Source: Magallana gigas (lineage: Eukaryota). From it: 64,000 bases of DNA. The position numbers were made by a program, and so were the translations under genes. The notes beneath the pieces are model-generated. The model saw only the letters and a list, made by a program, of their open reading frames with translations. It did not search any database and had not been told where the DNA came from. Numbering within the stretch: position 1 is the stretch's first letter; every line of letters begins with the position of its first letter. The stretch is from positions 59,148,001 to 59,212,000 of the forward strand of contig NC_088854.1 in assembly GCF_963853765.1 (NCBI RefSeq), written 5' to 3'. Of the stretch, positions 61,401 through 64,000 are shown in pieces.

Positions 61401-63752
61401 ACTTCATTTGTGTCCAGACTCTACAATTGTGTCAGGTAACACTTTTTACCATACACTTTACCATCAGGTAACACTTTTTACTATACACTTTACCATCAGG
61501 TAACACTTTTTGCCACTGTACCATCAGATTACACCTTCTAACATACAAACATTGTGCCATAACATGTATTTGTGGGAACACACAAGTGAAATGCCTTCCT
61601 CTAAAATCTCTGTAGGATTTATCTGTAGTCACTACAGTATTTACTTGAAGTTCTCTATAGAATTTACAAGTAGTTGTTGATAGGAATTACCTGTAGTTGT
61701 CTTTAAGAATCATCTGTATTCATCTATGAGAATTACCTGTAGTTATCTATAGGAATTACCTGTAATATTCTATAGTAATTACCTGTAGTATTCTGTAGAA
61801 ATTACCTGTAGTTATTTTTGCTCTACCCACAGGATCCTGTTCCCAGACCTCTCAGAGACAGGGGGCCCTCTGCTGATTGAAGCCAAAGCAGCCAGTGAAG
61901 GAGGGACAACTCCAGAGACGGATGACATTTCGTAAGTACCCCGCTGTCTAACACACTCTTTGAAGTGTTTTACAAACTTATTCATCTGATGACATTTTTG
62001 TAAAGTTTGATTACACAGTTCATTTCTCTTATTTAATTTTAGGTAGAGGTACTGTTTCTCAAAAATGTTATTCAAAGCAGGTTTTATTTTTATTAATTTA
62101 AATTTTCATATAGGATGAGCCTTACTATACACTCAGGCAATTAGGCCTCACAATAGGCGGAGCTGTATCATGTGACATTTTTGCAAAAAAATTCACGTGA
62201 AAAGAGTGCTCACATGAATTTCTTTTAAATTATAGGCTGTAATTGATGATACATAATTCAGTGTTAACAGTTATAGGCTGTAATTGATGATACATAATTC
62301 AGTGTTAATAATTATAGGCTGTAATTGTTGATATATAGTTCAGTGTTAACAGCTATAGGCTGTAATTGATGATACATAATTCAGTGTAAAAGTAATAGGC
62401 TGTAATTGATGTTACATAATCCTAATTGTTATAGGCTGGTGGTGAGCTGTGGTACCCTCATACACCCGATCCTCCTCCCTAAGATCTACCCACCCCTGTT
62501 TGACCTTTATGCACTCTACAATGACAAAGATGATGAGAAGTATTGGGAGAGGGTGACGAAACTGAACAAACAAGGAGATATAGGACTAATGGCATTTCTA
62601 GGAATTGATCAGTAAGTATAATCCCGGAGATATAGGATTAATGGCATTTCTAGGAATTGATCAGTAAGTATAATCCTGGAGATATAGGACTAATGACATT
62701 TCTAGGAATTGATCAGTAAGTATAATCCTGGAGATACAGGACTAATGGCATTTCTAGGAATTGATCAGTAAGTATAATCCTGGAGATATAGGACTAATGG
62801 CATTTCTAAGAATAGATCAGTAAGTATAATCTGCGATATATAGGCCTGATGGCTTATCGAAGAATTGATCAGTAAGTATAATCCACGATATATAGGACTG
62901 ATGGCTTATCTAGGAATTGATCAGTAAGTATAATCTGTGATATATAGGACTGATGGCTTATCTAGGAATTGATCAGTACTGATGGCTTATCTAGGAATTG
63001 ATCAGTAAGTATAATCTGCGATATATAGGACTGATGGATTATTGGAATTGATCAGTAAGTATAATCCGCGATATATAGGACTGATGGTTTATCTAGGAAT
63101 TGATCAGTAACTAATAATGGCATAACAGGGAATTTTCAAATGAGTTAAAAAATTTCCATTACTTACTTTTCTGAAACTTAGCATATGAGTGACCAATACA
63201 TGTGTTAGAATCTCATCTTTGTATTTCAGGAAGTTCTGGTTGATTGATGCAGTGTTAAAGGAAAAATCTCCAGTAGGTACCCTGTTTTCTGTACTTCACT
63301 GTTGATAAATGTTGTGTCTCTGCCATGACAGTTGTTTGATGCACGCTGTGTTCACGTACTAGCTTTGTCTATGTTGTAGAGTCTGTCAGCCTTGAGAAAC
63401 CAGAGCTATTGTTCTGCCATAGAGACACTGCAACACATAAGGTTGGTAGAAACAATTTAATCATTATTATTTACTGGTATATCAATGAACTTCAAGACAA
63501 TAACACAATCTTTTCTAGCTCACCTGAACCAAAGGTTCAAGTATTCCTTTCTTAACACGTGTTTTCCCTCATCCATCCACCCCTTAAATCATTTTTAACA
63601 TATGATTGGAACAGCTCTTCAATAAATCTTGGGAGACATCCTTGTTAATAATATATATTTACTTAATTTCTGTATTTTTCTTTTTCAGCACAGCCTTTAG
63701 TCCCAAGGAAAAATTAGAAGTCATTCAGAAAACATTTTCAGAAATAACAAAG
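36746..63752 (+). CDS. ALS2: Alsin (Rab5/Rac1 GEF; RCC1-like, DH, PH, MORN, VPS9 domains); start codon unresolved (candidate 36628), 3' end beyond window
   Basis: In-frame GT-AG exons: 36746-36990, 37294-38637, 38732-38846, 39306-39402, 39562-39636, 40042-40154, 40405-40468, 40620-40791, 40886-40968, 41301-41473, 41695-41860, 42290-42424, 42910-43038, 44442-44509, 44660-44726, 44922-45115, 45498-45563, 45700-45795, 47320-47486, 48319-48428, 48570-48647, 49012-49148, 49660-49833, 59859-59979, 61278-61435, 61833-61931, 62435-62611, 63230-63272, 63380-63441, 63689-63752. Motifs: [26 protein letters not shown] (RCC1), [14 protein letters not shown] (DH), [12 protein letters not shown] (PH), [14 protein letters not shown] (MORN), [20 protein letters not shown] (VPS9); domain order is that of alsin. 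Confidence 0.95.
42411..42580 (+). repeat. About 73-bp degenerate repeat copying the exon end and donor of ALS2 exon 42290-42424
   Basis: CCCAAACTGATA|GTGAGTGGTACT reappears as ..AAAATTATT-GTGAGTGGTACT and CCCAAACTTACT-GTGAGCAGTGCT, with the shared block GTACTAGTGTTTCTAGTATTATGCCAACAT. Confidence 0.7.
45752..47140 (+). repeat. About 84-bp tandem array (about 11 copies) copying the MORN exon end and donor
   Basis: Unit GGGGTACTGGAGAGATGGACTCCTACATGGACTGGCCAAAGTCAG|GTCAGTTATAGATAAAGTAGTTAATGGAT+poly-G; interrupted by a MITE. Confidence 0.95.
46234..46629. mobile_element. PIF/Harbinger (Tourist-like) MITE with TAA TSD inserted into the array
   Basis: TIR TGCC(AT/CC)AGTCACACATTCACAGAT; TAA at 46231-46233 and 46630-46632; removing it restores the array unit TTATAGATAAAGTAGTT. 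Confidence 0.88.
47531..47730. other. Assembly gap (N run)
   Basis: Run of N. Confidence 1.
52206..53720 (+). mobile_element. HINE/Helentron-type non-autonomous element with an internal ~166-179-bp satellite array
   Basis: Starts TTTTTAGCTCACCGAGACGAAGTC...GAGCTT with a (CGTCGG)n microsatellite. Tandem units begin GGTTAAAG at 52285, 52451, 52628, 52804 and 52983, with decayed units after. Right end unclear. Confidence 0.8.
53750..54770. repeat. Low-complexity AT-rich pentamer-based tract (ATATT/ATGAT/ATTGT)
   Basis: About 1 kb of degenerate 5-mer reiteration. Confidence 0.85.
55488..57544 (+). pseudogene. Mab-21/cGAS-like receptor (cGLR) nucleotidyltransferase with helical C-terminal region; frameshift at about 57060 (pseudogene, allele or assembly error)
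   Basis: NTase motif [19 protein letters not shown], third acidic [47 protein letters not shown]. The ORF stops at 57077, but the -1 frame continues [15 protein letters not shown]... without a stop into ORF 57245-57544; restored length about 685 aa. Confidence 0.88.
58369..58408. repeat. (CT)n microsatellite
   Basis: Pure dinucleotide run. Confidence 0.97.
59944..60502 (+). repeat. 69-bp tandem array (about 8 copies) derived from the exon end and donor of ALS2 exon 59859-59979
   Basis: Unit GTCAAACGGTCATACCATCACAGAATAGGCCGCT-AGTACTACCGCCATATAATGTCCTACTTACACAAT; the second half mirrors the exon end AGTACTACCACCAGATCAAAACCTACCTACACAAG. Confidence 0.92.
60533..61050. mobile_element. TTAA-flanked non-autonomous DNA transposon (Kolobok-like)
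   Basis: TTAAAGGGACTTGGGCACAATTT ... AAATCGTGTCCCTTTAA. Confidence 0.7.
61432..61532 (+). repeat. About 33-bp repeat (3-4 copies) starting at the donor TCAG|GTAAC
   Basis: TCAGGTAACACTTTTTACCATACACTTTACCA reiterated right after exon 61278-61435. Confidence 0.88.
61686..61815 (+). repeat. About 24-bp repeat just upstream of an acceptor
   Basis: AATTACCTGTAGTTATCTATAG-like units. Confidence 0.75.
62230..62440 (+). repeat. 41-bp array copying the acceptor TTATAG|GCTG of ALS2 exon 62435-62611
   Basis: TATAGGCTGTAATTGATGATACATAATTCAGTGTTAACAG with units near 62230, 62271, 62312, 62353 and 62394, then the real acceptor at 62434/62435. Confidence 0.9.
62575..63110 (+). repeat. 52-bp array (about 10 copies) copying the exon end and donor GATCA|GTAAGT
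   Basis: Unit GGAGATATAGGACTAATGGCATTTCTAGGAATTGATCA|GTAAGTATAATCCT. Confidence 0.95.
63514..63640 (+). mobile_element. Decayed HINE 5' end
   Basis: TTTTCTAGCTCACCTGAACCAAAGGTTCAAGT, same type of start as the element at 52206. Confidence 0.45.
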
Positions 63753-64000
63753 GTAATCTAACAGTATTTTTGCTCTCATAGAGTTTTTAAGAGGCTCTAC
63801 ACCAGAAGTTTTTTTTTTGCTCTGAAAATAGATAACTTTTAGTTGGACAAGCACCAACTGTCCAGGATTTCCATTTTAAACGGATCCGTAATCGAAATAG
63901 GAAACAAGACATTGAACTGCATTGGCTGACCTTTCATCATCAAATTCAAAATTCAAAACTGAGGATTTTGCAAAATTCACAAACGTTTATGCCTAATTTA

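Overview
AT-rich, intron-rich animal genomic DNA with three scaffold gaps. The repeat families and gene content suggest a bivalve, probably an oyster (inference). Contents from left to right: (1) the 5' half of an apparently intact minus-strand Ty3/Gypsy LTR retrotransposon (LTR, tRNA-Pro PBS, gag, G-GGA-AAC -1 frameshift site, pol open to the window edge). It lies downstream of the last identified exon of (2) a multi-exon, signal-peptide-bearing cysteine-rich repeat gene on the same strand, probably in an intron. (3) A MITE/HINE/LINE-rich intergenic zone. (4) A PLAC8/cornifelin-family gene with a single coding exon. (5) An alpha-arrestin (ARRDC-like) gene with two coding exons. (6) An alsin (ALS2) gene on the plus strand with about 30 exons (RCC1, DH/PH, MORN, start of VPS9), running off the right end. 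Its 10-kb intron holds a Helentron-type element with a satellite core and a nested same-strand Mab-21/cGAS-like receptor (cGLR) gene carrying one frameshift. The most unusual pattern is that at least seven intronic tandem arrays are built from copies of the adjacent exon/intron junction, creating rows of decoy splice sites. Exon coordinates were derived by eye from GT-AG signals and frame continuity. No database searches were run, and homology calls rest on remembered motifs.
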